This document shows positions 1 to 11,102 of a stretch of DNA of 64,000 nt, in pieces. The notes beneath the pieces are model-generated. The model made no database searches. It worked only from the letters and a program-made list of their open reading frames with translations, and was not told the origin of the DNA. The position numbers were made by a program, and so were the translations under genes. Source of the stretch: an uncultured Alphaproteobacteria bacterium (GTDB lineage Bacteria; Pseudomonadota; Alphaproteobacteria; Sphingomonadales; Sphingomonadaceae). Location of the stretch: the NCBI GenBank assembly GCA_963752025.1, contig CAVVWY010000016.1:75579-139578 (forward strand), written 5' to 3'. The stretch's first letter is position 1. Each line of letters starts with the position of its first letter.

Positions 1-458
1 TGCGACCACAGCCCTTCCTCCATAAGGGCGTCCTTTAGCCGCGCGGCGGAGTCACTACCTGGAACGATGCCGCGGATTCCCCCTCCGATCCGTCCTTCCA
101 ACTTTTCCCGGACGGAAGCGGCAGCGCGGTAATCACCGCGCGCGCGCTCCTCAATCACACGCTCGATTGCTGATACGGCGAAGGTGACTCCGGCTGCCTT
201 GATGACCTGCAGATCTACGGGCGAGAGAAACCGAGAAGTAGGCAGCGCAAACAGCTCGTCGATGCCGAACAGCACCTCTCCGCTGACTTCGTGAACTCCA
301 CACTCCATCAGGTCGGCGACAGTTGGCGCTTGCCTTGAAACGTCCTCAACCGCGCCGTTTCGAATTAGAACTGGTGTCGGGCCGGCATCGAGCAGGAGGC
401 GACCCGCGAGCGTTGCATTCGCAACGTCAACCGGAAGCATCTCTGCAGAAAAATTCAT
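1..458 (-). CDS. xylX: FAH-family 2-keto-3-deoxy-D-xylonate dehydratase (XylX-like); runs off the window start
   Basis: Not in the ORF track. Manual translation MNFSAEMLPVDVANATLAGRLLLDAGPTPVLIRNGAVEDVSRQAPTVADLM...SPVDLQVIKAAGVTFAVSAIERVIEERARGD...LKDALMEEGLWS closely resembles Caulobacter XylX. Confidence 0.8.
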   Translation of the reverse strand, partial: MNFSAEMLPVDVANATLAGRLLLDAGPTPVLIRNGAVEDVSRQAPTVADLMECGVHEVSGEVLFGIDELFALPTSRFLSPVDLQVIKAAGVTFAVSAIERVIEERARGDYRAAASVREKLEGRIGGGIRGIVPGSDSAARLKDALMEEGLWS

Positions 459-485
459 CTTGCGCGGCGTGCCTGACTCGGGTCC

Positions 486-503
486 ATTGGTAGCGCTACC
501 AAT
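486..503. promoter_or_regulatory. LacI-family operator (XylR-type) between xylX and GH3
   Basis: Perfect palindrome ATTGGTAGCGCTACCAAT; the TAGCGCTACCA core matches the Caulobacter xyl operator. Confidence 0.75.
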
Positions 504-571
504 CGGCGCGTGGCGCGGTTAGTGTCAAGGCCAGCGCTTAATGCCGAAGTGGTGAGGGGAGAGACAAAGCG

Positions 572-3097
572 ATGAACAAGCGGATGCTCGCGTTGAGTAT
601 GGGAGCAGCAAGCGCTCTCGTGTTGGCAGCAGCGGCCGGAGCGCAGGGAACGTCCTCACGACCCTGGCTCGATCGCTCCCTGAGTGCGGACCGCCGCGCC
701 CAGTTGGCCGTGGCGCAGATGACGCGCGACGAGAAGCTTCAGCTGGTCTTCGGCTATTTTGCGACCAACGCCGACTACAAGAACAACTACAAGGCGCCCG
801 CCCATGCGCGCTATGGCTCCGCGGGTTACGTTCCAGGCATCGAGCGGCTCGGTATTCCCGCTCAGTGGCAGACCGACGCAGGTGTTGGCGTTGCGACGCA
901 AGGTTCCGCTCCCGAGAAGCGCGAACGCACCTCGCTTCCCTCCGGGATCGCGACGGCCGCCACATGGAACCCCGATCTGGCGTTCAAGGGTGGGCAAATG
1001 ATCGGCGCCGAAGCGCGCGCGTCCGGGTTCAACGTGATGCTCGCCGGCGGCGTGAACCTCGCTCGCGATCCCCGCAACGGACGGAACTTCGAATATGGCG
1101 GCGAAGATCCACTTCTTGCCGGAACGATCGTCGGTTCGGAGATTGCGGGCATTCAATCAAACCACATCATCTCGACCACGAAGCATTACGCTTTCAACGA
1201 TCTCGAGACGGGTCGAGACTATCATGATGCCCGCATCGATCCGGCAGCGGCACGCATGTCCGACTTGCTTGCCTTCCAGTTCGCGATCGAGCGCGGCGAC
1301 CCCGGTTCCGTGATGTGTGCCTACAATCGCGTGAACGGCGATTATGCGTGCGAGAACAAGTGGTTGCTGACCGATGTGCTGCGCGGCGCGGTCGACTTCA
1401 AAGGCTTTGTGATGTCTGACTGGGGGGCGACGCACAGCACTGAGAAGGCCGCGATTGCCGGCCTCGATCAGGAGAGCGGCTGGCCCTTCGATGAGGCGCC
1501 GTTCTTCCGTGAACCGCTCGCGCAAGCCGTAGCGGCCGGTCGAGTGCCGGAAGCACGGCTGAACGAAATGGCTACGCGCATTGTGCGCTCCATGTTTGCG
1601 CACGGCCTCGTCGACGATCCAGTACCGGCAAGCGCACCAATCGACTTAGCCGCGCATGCTGCAGTGACGCAGGCGGACGCCGAAGAAGCGATGGTTCTGC
1701 TGAAAAACGAAGGCAGCCTGCTTCCACTGGCGCCAAGCGTCCGCAGCATCGCCGTCATCGGATCACATGCGGACAAAGGCGTGCTCGCCGGAAGCGGCTC
1801 GTCGCTCGTCTACCCGAAGGGCGGAAATGCCGTTTCTGGTTTGCAGCCAACAGCTTGGCCCGGACCTGTGATGTACCACCCTTCATCTCCTCTAGATGCA
1901 ATCCGCGCACTCGCGCCGAACGCACGTGTGACTTTCGTCGATGGTACGGACCCAATGGCGGCCGCTGCCGCCGCAAAGACGGCGGACGTCGCAATCGTCT
2001 TCGCCAATCAATGGACCGGGGAATCGATCGATGCGCCGCTCGCGCTCACCGGCAATCAGGATGCTGTGATCGACGCAGTAGCCAATGCCAATCGGCGAAC
2101 GGCGGTTGTCGTTGAAAGCGGCGGGCCGGTGTTGATGCCGTGGGCAGCGCGCGTGCCGGCGATCGTTGAAGCCTGGTACCCGGGAACGAGCGGCGGCAAG
2201 GCCATTGCGGACGTGCTGTTCGGCCGCGTGAACCCATCGGGGCACCTGCCCGTGACCTTCCCCGCGAGCGAGAGCCAGCTCCCGCGACCGGTCCGGCCGG
2301 GCACCGGCCTTGCCGACAAGCAGATGTTTTCGATCGAGTATCCCGAAGGGGCGGCGGTCGGATACAAATGGTTCGACGCCAAGAACCTGCAGCCCTTGTT
2401 CGCCTTTGGTCACGGCCTCTCGTACACGCGGTTCGACTACGGCGGAGTGTCCGCCCGTGCCGAGCGCGATGGATCGGTGACTGTCCAGTTCACGGTGAGA
2501 AACGTCGGCAAGCGCGCGGGCATGGACGTTCCACAAGTTTACGCATCGCCAGCCAATGGCGGTTGGGAAGCGCCCAAGCGGCTCGCCGCATACCAGAAGG
2601 TCGATGTGGCGCCGGGCGCGCGTCGAATGGTCAGCCTAAAGGTCGATCCGCGGCTGCTCGCAACCTACGACGCAGCGGCACAACAGTGGCGCATCGCGCC
2701 AGGAGCGTATCGCTTACTCGTTGGGGAATTGTCCCGCGACATCCGATCGGCCGTAACAGTGATCCTGCCGGGCCGACTTTCGTCTAATTGGCGGCCGGGA
2801 CAGGCAGCAGCTGACCAAGCTCCGCGGCGCGGCGAGCGAGGTCTATCAGCAGGAGGCCGTCACGCGCGTCGCGCGGATCGACGGGGACAGGGAGCGCCGT
2901 CGAGAATAGCGCTGGCAACTCCCGTAGAAGGAAAGATAGCGGCCGCGCTCAGTCGCCACGGTCATCGTGGTGCGGTCGGGCGCAGTCAGCATGCCGTTGT
3001 CGGCATCGCGGCCGAAGCCTTCGCGTCGCGGGTCTTCGCCAGCCTTCAACGCGCCTTCTTGCTGATCAAGGCCGCGCTTCACGTACGAACCGCCTGA
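572..3097 (+). CDS. Secreted GH3 beta-glucosidase/xylosidase with Fn3-like C-terminal domain
   Basis: Signal peptide; RNGRNFEYGGEDP, KHYAFN, FVMSDW and AFGHGLSYT motifs. The last ~100 aa overlap the convergent gene. Confidence 0.9.
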   Translation: MNKRMLALSMGAASALVLAAAAGAQGTSSRPWLDRSLSADRRAQLAVAQMTRDEKLQLVFGYFATNADYKNNYKAPAHARYGSAGYVPGIERLGIPAQWQTDAGVGVATQGSAPEKRERTSLPSGIATAATWNPDLAFKGGQMIGAEARASGFNVMLAGGVNLARDPRNGRNFEYGGEDPLLAGTIVGSEIAGIQSNHIISTTKHYAFNDLETGRDYHDARIDPAAARMSDLLAFQFAIERGDPGSVMCAYNRVNGDYACENKWLLTDVLRGAVDFKGFVMSDWGATHSTEKAAIAGLDQESGWPFDEAPFFREPLAQAVAAGRVPEARLNEMATRIVRSMFAHGLVDDPVPASAPIDLAAHAAVTQADAEEAMVLLKNEGSLLPLAPSVRSIAVIGSHADKGVLAGSGSSLVYPKGGNAVSGLQPTAWPGPVMYHPSSPLDAIRALAPNARVTFVDGTDPMAAAAAAKTADVAIVFANQWTGESIDAPLALTGNQDAVIDAVANANRRTAVVVESGGPVLMPWAARVPAIVEAWYPGTSGGKAIADVLFGRVNPSGHLPVTFPASESQLPRPVRPGTGLADKQMFSIEYPEGAAVGYKWFDAKNLQPLFAFGHGLSYTRFDYGGVSARAERDGSVTVQFTVRNVGKRAGMDVPQVYASPANGGWEAPKRLAAYQKVDVAPGARRMVSLKVDPRLLATYDAAAQQWRIAPGAYRLLVGELSRDIRSAVTVILPGRLSSNWRPGQAAADQAPRRGERGLSAGGRHARRADRRGQGAPSRIALATPVEGKIAAALSRHGHRGAVGRSQHAVVGIAAEAFASRVFASLQRAFLLIKAALHVRTA

Positions 3098-3782
3098 TCG
3101 TGTACCCCGAAGCGGGGGCGCGGCTGCGCACGAAGGTGGAGCAGCGGAGGCATGCCCGCCGCGCGCCATAGTGCAGTGTCAGGTCGAATAGTCGTCCACC
3201 CGTGCGCCTGGCCGTTGCGCTTGGATGTCCGCGGAGATTGCCTCCGGCCAGCCGAAGAGCTGCACCGTCTGGTCGATCATGTGCGGTCCGAGATCTGACA
3301 GGACTCCCGAGCCGGGCGTTGGCACTTCGCGCCAGCCCTCCTTGATCTTCGGTCGAAAACGGTCCCAGCACGCCTCGAACAGGAAGACCTCTCCGAGTGC
3401 CGGCAGGATCTTGCGCACGGTCAAGTAGTCACCGTCCCAGCGCCGGTTGTGGAAGACGGTCAGAACCCGTTCGACCCGATGAGCCAGCGAGATCAGCTCA
3501 TCGGCCTGTTCGATGGTCACCGTGAATGGCTTGTCGACGACGACATGCTTGCCGCGCTCCAGGGCCTCCTTGGCAATCTGAAAATGCGTCTCGTTCGGCG
3601 AAGCAATCACAACGAGATCGCTGCGATCGAGCAGTGCGTCGAGCGAATTCTACTTTCTGCGGCGCATCGCGGCTCGTCAGAACCGCGCTCAAGTGCAATC
3701 GGAGGCAGGCGCGGATCAGCGGCTCGTGGAAATGAGCTCCTGCGAGCCCGTAACCTACAATGCCGACGCGGACGTCGGTCAT
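2784..3782 (-). CDS. Gfo/Idh/MocA oxidoreductase (YdgJ-like), split by several indels
   Basis: Fragments in different frames: VGIVGYGLAG..FH; GKHVVVDKPF..FHNRRWDGD..SDLGPHMID; PVDPRDARDGLLLIDLARRAAELGQLLPVPAAN* (stop at 2784-2786). Confidence 0.8.
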
Positions 3783-6235
3783 TGGCCCCCGCAGTGATCC
3801 TGCTGAACCGTGGCACTCAGCACCCGAACGTCGGAGATTGTCATCTCAAGCGCTCCCGCAGTCGTGACTGCGAATGGTGTCGTCAGTTTCGACATATCGG
3901 CTCCGGCTCGCCCGAAACAGCCGAGCGGCACCGTCATCGTAGACCACTGCCCCAAAGTCGCAGCGCGCAACAGTCCCGCAATGGGGACCGACGCGTTCGC
4001 CATCCCGAGCGTGACTGGCGCGGCGGGTGCACGATCGACGCGGTAATCGATGACGAGGCTTAGCTGCCCGGTCGTCTCACGTGATAGATCGAGCGGCGGG
4101 TTCGCTTGGAGGGCGAATGTAGCTGGCCCGTTTCCAAACCAGCTGAGCTGACGTGAAATCTTCCTGGGCGCGACGGTCGACACCCTTCGATCGACCGGCG
4201 GATGCTGGCTCGAAGCTGAAGGTCCATCCCTGCGGCACGCTACCGCGCCCGAACAGTACTCCTTCGGGGAGCCCACCACCTTTGGGACGCTCCTCCGACA
4301 ATGGGGCGAGTTCGCCATTGTCGCCGTAACGTAGCCCATAACCGAACGCGAACAGTGGGTCATAGCCCTGATCTCCCACGTTGAGCGGCGTCTGATCGGT
4401 GCGCTTTGGCCAGCTGTAGCTCAGCTTGCCATGGAAGTCGTAGTTCACGGCGCCATTTGCCTTGCGGAACAGCACGTCCGCGATGCCGGCACCTTCGCCG
4501 CCCGGGAGGAAGGCCGCGACGAAAGCGTTGGACGCATTGAGCTCGGATTCACCCACATCGGACGGCCGGACAGAAACACCGACACGGTCGGAATACCGGC
4601 AGCCTGGAGCTTCCGGAGCAGCTCAAGATCCTTCTTGTCGGCAGGGCTGAACTCCAGCGAATGCGGCCGGTCGCCGACGAATTCGGCATAAGGGTCTTCG
4701 CCGAACACGATGACGGCGACATCCGGCTTCGCAGAATAAGAGCCGTCGAGGCTCAATGACGTCTTGCCGCCTGCAGCGTTGACCGCCTGATTGATGCCGC
4801 TCCAAATCGATTGCGCGTGGGGGAAGTCGGCGTTCGTAAGGCCGCTTCCCTGCCAAGTGATGGTCCAGCCGCCGGACTGTTTCGAGATGTTGTCGGCGCC
4901 ATCGCCCGCCACGAGAATGTTCAACTTGGGCGACAGCGGAAGCAGCTGATGCGAATTCTTGAGCAGCACGAGAGACTTGCGGACGGCTTCGCGGGCCACC
5001 GCGCGGTGGTCAGCCGAACCGAGCAATTGGAACTGCCCAGCATATGGTCGTGCGGACGGAGCACCTTTGTCGAACATGTGAGCGCGCAGTTTCACGCGCA
5101 GGATCCGGCGCACCGCATCGTCGAGACGGGTCATCGGGATCTCACCCGCCTTCACTTGCGTGAGCGTGCTCGCGTACAAACTCTTCCAGCTGTCGGGTGC
5201 CATGAACATGTCCAGTCCGGCGTCGATCGACGCAGGACAGCTGGTGTTCGTGCAGCCAGGCACTTGGCCGTGGGCATTCCAGTCGCCGACGACCAAGCCA
5301 TCGAAGTGCATGTCGTCCTTCAGCGCACGGGTCAGCAACTCGCGGTCGCCGTGAACCTTCTCTCCTCGCACGAGCGAAAAGGACGCCATCACCGCCTGCA
5401 CGCCAGCCTCGATCGCGGCGGGATAGCCGGCACCATGGATGTCGCGCAGCTGTTTAGGAGACGATTGATTGTCCCCCTGGTCCTTGCCTCCCGCCGTACC
5501 GCCGTCCCCGACGAAATGCTTCGCCGTCGCGATCACATGGCCGGCACCGAGGAATGACTTGCTTCCGGGCACGCCTTGAAGACCCTCGACCATTTTTCCG
5601 GCGTAGAGCCGTGTGATCGACGGGTCTTCGGAGAAGCCTTCATAAGTGCGTCCCCAGCGGTCGTCGCGGACGACCGCAAGGGTAGGGGAGAAATCCCAGT
5701 CGAACCCCGTAACGGCCATCTCCTGCGCAGTGACCTCGCCGATGCGGCGTATCAGGTCGGGATCGCGCGCCGCGCCGAGTCCGATGTTCTGAGGGAAGAC
5801 CGTGGCGCCGACGATATTCGCATGCCCGTGCACCGCATCGATGCCGTAGATGAGTGGAATCTTGGCCCCCGCCCAGTGCGCGGACTCGGACGCGTTCCAG
5901 AAGGAATCGGCGAGCTTCAGCCAGTCCGCAGGCGGCGCCTTCTCATTTCCGCCCGGCGAGCTGTTGCCGCCCGCCAAAATGGATCCGAGCTTGTAGGTGC
6001 GGACGTCCTCCGGCGTCACGGCGGAGATGTCCGCCTGGATCACCTGTCCAACCTTCTCTTCGAGAGTCATCCGCGAGAGTATTTGAGCGATCTGTGCCTC
6101 AAGTTTCGGATCGCGCGGAACCCTGCTGTGCACTGCCGGCCAATGGACGCGCGCGGCTGGATCTGGTGCGGCGACGGCAGCGGTTGCGAGAAGCGCAGCA
6201 GCAAGTGCCGCGAGCTTGCGCGTAGTTCCCATCAT
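3779..6235 (-). CDS. Secreted GH3 exo-1,4-beta-glucosidase with C-terminal carbohydrate-binding-like domain, frameshifted
   Basis: YGIDAVHGH, RDDRWGRTYEGFSED, TAKHFVGDGG, VVGDW. Continues in ORFs 4077..4556 and 3779..4363. Confidence 0.85.
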
Positions 6236-6275
6236 TCTCCCCTCATGCCGCTAAAGCGACCTTGACGCGACGCTA

Positions 6276-6293
6276 GATGATAACGCTATCATC
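6276..6293. promoter_or_regulatory. Second LacI-family operator between divergent GH3 and GH5
   Basis: GATGATAACGCTATCATC, a palindrome with one mismatch and a central CG. Confidence 0.65.
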
Positions 6294-6324
6294 GGGCAAG
6301 AACGCCAGTAACGAGGGGAATCCA

Positions 6325-7344
6325 ATGCGGCTTCTGAACGCTATCTCTGCCCTGTTTTTAGCAACCTTTGCAGTCGCATTGCCGTCCGCGTCGATCGCAG
6401 CCGCTCCGCAGTCGGTTGCACTGAAGCCCAACGACCAGCCGTTCCGCCGCGGGGTCAACGTGCTTGGCTATGATCCATATTGGACCGCTGGAGGAGCGCG
6501 GCGATTCGAGTGGCGGCACTTCGCCAAAATTCACAAGGGCGGGTTCGATTTCGTCCGCGTTAATCTGCAGGCATTCAAGCATATGGACGCGCAGAACCGG
6601 CTTGAGCCGCAATGGCTTGGGAAACTCGACGACGTCGTTCGCCAAGCACAGAAAGCTGGCCTGGGTGTAATCCTCGATGAGCATGATTTCGACGTCTGCT
6701 CAGAGCATATCGAGTCCTGCCGTACCAAGCTCACTGCATTCTGGCAGCAGATCGCGCCCCGTTACGCGAACGCACCGCGCAGCGTCGCGTTCGAGCTCTT
6801 GAACGAACCGCACGACAAGCTGAACGGAGAGGTGTGGAACACGCTTCTTGCACAGCTTCTTGCAACCGTTCGGCAGAGCAACCCGACGCGCATCGTGGTC
6901 GTGGGTCCGACCCACTGGAACAGCCTCAACGACCTTCCCGTGTTGAAGCTGCCGGACGACCAGAACCTGCTCGTGACGTTCCACTATTACGAGCCGTTCC
7001 ACTTCACTCATCAGGGTGCCACGTGGGCTGGCGAGGAAGTGAAGAAGCTGCACGGGATCACCTGGGGGAGCGAGGCTGACCGCGCGGCTCTTCGCGCTGA
7101 CTTCGACAAGGTTTCAGCCTGGGCTGCCGCCAACAAGCGACCGATCCTGCTTGGTGAATTCGGCGCCTATGACAAGAGCGGCACGCCACTCGATTTGCGC
7201 GTGGCGTACATCGAAACGGCTCGAAAGGAGGCTGAGCAGCGCGGCTTCGGGTGGGCCTATTGGCAGTTCGAAGGCGATTTCATCATTTGGGACATGCCCA
7301 ACCAGCGCTGGATCGAGCCGATTAGGAATGCGCTTATTCCCTGA
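6325..7344 (+). CDS. GH5 endoglucanase/cellulase
   Basis: Signal peptide; ELLNEP acid/base motif, FHYYEP, LGEFG nucleophile, WAYW; RBS GAGGGG. Confidence 0.9.
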   Translation: MRLLNAISALFLATFAVALPSASIAAAPQSVALKPNDQPFRRGVNVLGYDPYWTAGGARRFEWRHFAKIHKGGFDFVRVNLQAFKHMDAQNRLEPQWLGKLDDVVRQAQKAGLGVILDEHDFDVCSEHIESCRTKLTAFWQQIAPRYANAPRSVAFELLNEPHDKLNGEVWNTLLAQLLATVRQSNPTRIVVVGPTHWNSLNDLPVLKLPDDQNLLVTFHYYEPFHFTHQGATWAGEEVKKLHGITWGSEADRAALRADFDKVSAWAAANKRPILLGEFGAYDKSGTPLDLRVAYIETARKEAEQRGFGWAYWQFEGDFIIWDMPNQRWIEPIRNALIP

Positions 7345-7350
7345 GGCAGA

Positions 7351-8058
7351 TCACTTCCACTTGAGACTGGCTTGGAAGCGGTGCTCTTCCGGGCCAGTCT
7401 TCACGACGATCGAGAGCGGCTGGTCCGCACGGCGCGCGAACACCGCCTTCGGCACGTCGAATATGTAATAGCCGCCCCAGGCCTTTTGCGGTTCGACAGG
7501 CTGTGGGATGAGGATCTGGTAGATGGCCCCCAACGTCTTCGCGCCCGGGATCAGCGCCTCGTCAGTTCGGAGGTCCTGCCCGGCGGCGCCGGAACTGGAC
7601 GAGGTGACGCTACGCACGCCTGGGGTGGGGACCGAAGCATTGCTGCTCGATTGTTGCTCCAGTCCCGGAAGGTTGTTGCGGGTGCGGATATCCGTCGTCG
7701 CGGCACGCTGCGACTCGCGTTCCACAAGCACTCGTCCCTTTTCGTATGCGTCCACCGACGAAGGCGCGAGAACGGTCCCATCACCGAGAGTCAGCTTCAC
7801 CTGTTCGGGGCCGAATTCGAACGGCTTCGAGCTAAGGTTCTGGACCAGCACGCGTATCGTGCCCCGCTGGTCGACCGCATTCCCGGGTGAGATGACGCGA
7901 ACGAGCGCGGTCGCCGTGCGGTCGTCGACAGCCTGCACGCCTGCATGGCCGACGAGCATCTTGCCGCCTCCGGGCTCGAGAACGACTCTATAGCTTCCGC
8001 CATAAGCAGCCGAGGGGAGAAGCAGCACGGCTGCTGAGAGGATCCACCACCTATTCAT
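7351..8058 (-). CDS. Secreted hypothetical protein
   Basis: 235-aa ORF with signal peptide and GGAG RBS. Confidence 0.7.
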   Translation of the reverse strand: MNRWWILSAAVLLLPSAAYGGSYRVVLEPGGGKMLVGHAGVQAVDDRTATALVRVISPGNAVDQRGTIRVLVQNLSSKPFEFGPEQVKLTLGDGTVLAPSSVDAYEKGRVLVERESQRAATTDIRTRNNLPGLEQQSSSNASVPTPGVRSVTSSSSGAAGQDLRTDEALIPGAKTLGAIYQILIPQPVEPQKAWGGYYIFDVPKAVFARRADQPLSIVVKTGPEEHRFQASLKWK

Positions 8059-8579
8059 AAGGTACGCTCCAGGCTGGAATACCCGACAAGTTTCACTGGT
8101 AAGCCGGGGTTATGCAAGCCGCAGGCCACTCAGGCGAAGCGCATATGCTTTCTATCTCGCAAGAATGCCGAAGCGTTGCCTCTTGGCGCGGAGTAGGCCG
8201 GTCGCCGGGGGGCAGCAGCCGAGCCCGCGAGCTTGCCGAACCGCGAGCTTGCCGAACCGGGAACGGGGCCGCGGCAATGTATTCGGATCGTCGCGCGAGC
8301 TATCCGTCAAACTAACTTTAGCGACTTCATTGCCCTTAAGTCGCGCGAGGATAACACGAATTTACATATCTGCGCTTATTTCAGGCGATTGCTGGGGCGT
8401 GACGTCGCGCTTTCGAACGTAAGAAGCCGCAAGAACGGCAGAGCGCCGCCTCACCGATCCACCTACTGACCTTCAATGGTGAGTGAAGTGCCGCGAGGTG
8501 CTTGGTGATCGTGGCGGCTGGTTCGGGGCTCAGTGCGTGGGGCATGAAACGCCCAGGCAGCGCTGGATGAGCACCGCGT

Positions 8580-9998
8580 CTACCGTGCTTGGTCTCCATA
8601 GATCTTCATCAGCCGATACAAATAGTCGCGGCTGTCATAGAGGACCTTGACCCTGAGCCGCTCGTTCAGACCGTGCACGCCGTTTCCATCGGGGTCACCA
8701 AACCCGCCCGAAATTCCGTAGGTCGGAATGCCGACCGGTGTCAGGAATGCCCCGTCGGTCGCGCCGGCTGACATTATGCGTACCAGCGGTACGCCTGGCC
8801 ACGTTGCGGCTGCGAGCTTTTCGGCAGGCCCAAGCACCTTGGGATCGAGCGGGGGCGGGGGCGCGGGGGCATTGCGGACGTCCCTCAGCGTGATGCTGAC
8901 TTTCGGATCGCCAATGACCTCTTCGAGCGTCTGCCGTACCTCTTCAACACTGGTGCCAGGAAAAATCCGACAATTGATATTTGCCCGTGCTCGTTGCGGC
9001 AGGGCGTTGGTCGCGTGGCCGCCCTCAAGCATCGTGGCGACGCAGTTGGTGTGGAGAATGGCGTTGTCGTCTGGATCGCGTTCCAGCACGGCGCGAGAGT
9101 TTTTATCGGCTGGGTTGGCAAGCAGCGTCATGATCGCGGTTCGCTGTTCTGGCGGCCGCGTCGCGGCCATGCGCGTGTAAAAGTCCCGCGTTGTCGCCGT
9201 GAACATCACTGGGAAGTGATATCCTTCCACCGCAGCTAGAGCGTGAGCAAGGTGGTAGATCGCATTGTCCGGTACCGGCCTTGAACTGTGCCCGCCCGGA
9301 TTGGTGACCTCAAGGGTGTAGTTCTGAGAGAGCTTCTCCCCAACTTGGATGCCGAGGAACTGCGGCGTGCCGCGGGCGTCGAGTTTGCCACCTCCCCCTT
9401 CGTTTACCGCGAACGCCGCGTCGATCAGGTCGCGTTTGTTGTTAGCGAGATACTGCGCCCCGTTGAACGCACCATTGGTTTCCTCGCCACACGTCAGGGC
9501 AAGCTTGAGAGTCCGTACTGGCCGGTAGTTCTCACGCTTGAACCGCGCGAGGGTGTCGACCCAGATTGCTGCCATGGCTTTATCGTCTGCGACGCCGCGG
9601 CCATAAAAGTAGCCATTTTCCTCCACCATCGTGAACGGATCTCGGGTCCAGTCCTCTCTCTTTGCTTCCACGACGTCGAGGTGCGCGAGCATGAGAACCG
9701 CCTTGGCGCTGGGATCGCGCCCAGGATAAACGACGACGAGGCCGCCTTCTTTGGGGTGTGCGGGGTCGGCAAACAGATGCAGGTCAGCGGCTGGGAGGCC
9801 CGCCTTGGTTAGGTAACCTGCCATTCTTTCGGCGGCCAAGGTGCAGCTGCCTGCCGAAAGCGTCGTGTTTGTCTCTACGAGCTGCTTGTAGATTGCACGG
9901 AACTCAGCCTGATCCGGACGCAATGAACCCTGTTGCGCAAGCGCGGGCCCGCTCACGGCTGCGAGAAGGGATAAGCCGAACGTCAACGGTGCTCTCAT
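8580..9998 (-). CDS. Secreted M20/M25/M40 metallopeptidase
   Basis: AHLDVV, YGRGVADDK, CGEE, GGHSS, GATD and HGLNER motifs. Confidence 0.9.
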   Translation of the reverse strand: MRAPLTFGLSLLAAVSGPALAQQGSLRPDQAEFRAIYKQLVETNTTLSAGSCTLAAERMAGYLTKAGLPAADLHLFADPAHPKEGGLVVVYPGRDPSAKAVLMLAHLDVVEAKREDWTRDPFTMVEENGYFYGRGVADDKAMAAIWVDTLARFKRENYRPVRTLKLALTCGEETNGAFNGAQYLANNKRDLIDAAFAVNEGGGGKLDARGTPQFLGIQVGEKLSQNYTLEVTNPGGHSSRPVPDNAIYHLAHALAAVEGYHFPVMFTATTRDFYTRMAATRPPEQRTAIMTLLANPADKNSRAVLERDPDDNAILHTNCVATMLEGGHATNALPQRARANINCRIFPGTSVEEVRQTLEEVIGDPKVSITLRDVRNAPAPPPPLDPKVLGPAEKLAAATWPGVPLVRIMSAGATDGAFLTPVGIPTYGISGGFGDPDGNGVHGLNERLRVKVLYDSRDYLYRLMKIYGDQAR

Positions 9999-10080
9999 GG
10001 GTACCTCGCAAGTGCGTACGCGGCCTTACCAAGTGGAGATACAGGCACAGCCGCCATCGCAGACGGTATCAGAGAAGCTC

Positions 10081-10107
10081 ATGTCTGCAACGGGTGGATC
10101 GGAACAT
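10081..10107 (+). repeat. 28-bp palindromic repeat family copy
   Basis: ATGTCTGCAAC-GGGTGG-ATCGGAACAT. Confidence 0.6.
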
Positions 10108-10213
10108 CAGACATTCGTCATCAGGCTTCCTCTCAGCAGAGCTCTGCCCGCCCCTCACGGAACGAAACACATCAGAGCCTACGACCAAGATGATCGGACC
10201 TTTCGAGGGGAAA

Positions 10214-10871
10214 TCAATTTCGACGGGCGTCGAACTCGGCGAGTTGGCGAAGCCGAACATCGTAAAGATCTGACAGGCATCCGCTGGTGGAACAGTCCGA
10301 GCGGTCATGGAGGAAGCGCTTTTGCGATTGCAGCAGCTGACTCCGGAGATCGGGAGGCAAACTATTGCGGAGTTCGAAGTATAGCGCGGCTGCGCGCCGG
10401 TCATGTGCTGCGAGATCGGCATCCGTGCAGAGCATATCCTCAACGCGCGTCGAGGCTCGGGCACAGTCGAAAGAGGGCCTTGGCTGGCCCGAAGAAATGG
10501 TTCGCCGCGGAGCCCCGGACGGAGTTGCCGTGACATCGGCATCGACGATCGCAGCTAGGCTCGGGGAAGTCGGCGGTTGGCCGCGCAGAACACCTGCCGC
10601 GGCGGGTGCTTGCGTATTGGACGAATAGCTTGGCGTGGCAGGTACCGCGGCTGATTTCCTGGGAATTCGACGGTTCCTTCGGCGTCGCGGCTATGGCGGC
10701 TGGTTTTAACTCGGCCGCAGCCGCGATGTGGGGGCTGTCGGATGCTGCGGCATTGGGCATCCGGATGAAAGCGAGATAGCCCCCCGTCGCAGCAGAAATC
10801 ACGGCCGCCACCCCCGTCAGGATGCCAGGCACGGTCGACCAGAAACTCGAGCGCTGTTCTTCTTCTTCCAT
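10214..10871 (-). CDS. Membrane-anchored protein with C-terminal LprI-like (PSFDC) domain, one frameshift near 10660
   Basis: N-terminal TM segment; the other frame reads RPSFDCARASTRVEDMLCTDADLAAHDRR...Q.RFL.DR..C....CL..LY..R. Confidence 0.65.
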
Positions 10872-11038
10872 GAAGACCCCGCGAGCCCGTTCATTCTAGC
10901 GCGTTTGCGAAACGATTTGGACAAGAATCTCTTCGCTTCTCGCGCGGACCCGCATCAGTTTCTCCGCCTCAGCATCCTGATCATAGAATCCATGCCGGGA
11001 CCAGGCACCTCTCGAACAGCAATTTTGTCCTGCGCGCT

Positions 11039-11102
11039 AATGACCGGAACGGGTTGAAAGATGCCGCTCCGCCTGAGGCGGCTTCGGGTCTAAAGTAGAC
11101 AT
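11039..11102 (+). repeat. Two stacked copies of the palindromic repeat (35-bp offset)
   Basis: AATGACCGGAAC-GGGTTG-AAAGATGCCGC and GGCGGCTTC-GGGTCT-AAAGTAGACAT. Confidence 0.6.

Noticed and set aside
8225-8259. 16-bp tandem duplication CCGCGAGCTTGCCGAA x2
   Set aside because: Only two identical copies with no context; likely slippage or assembly artefact.
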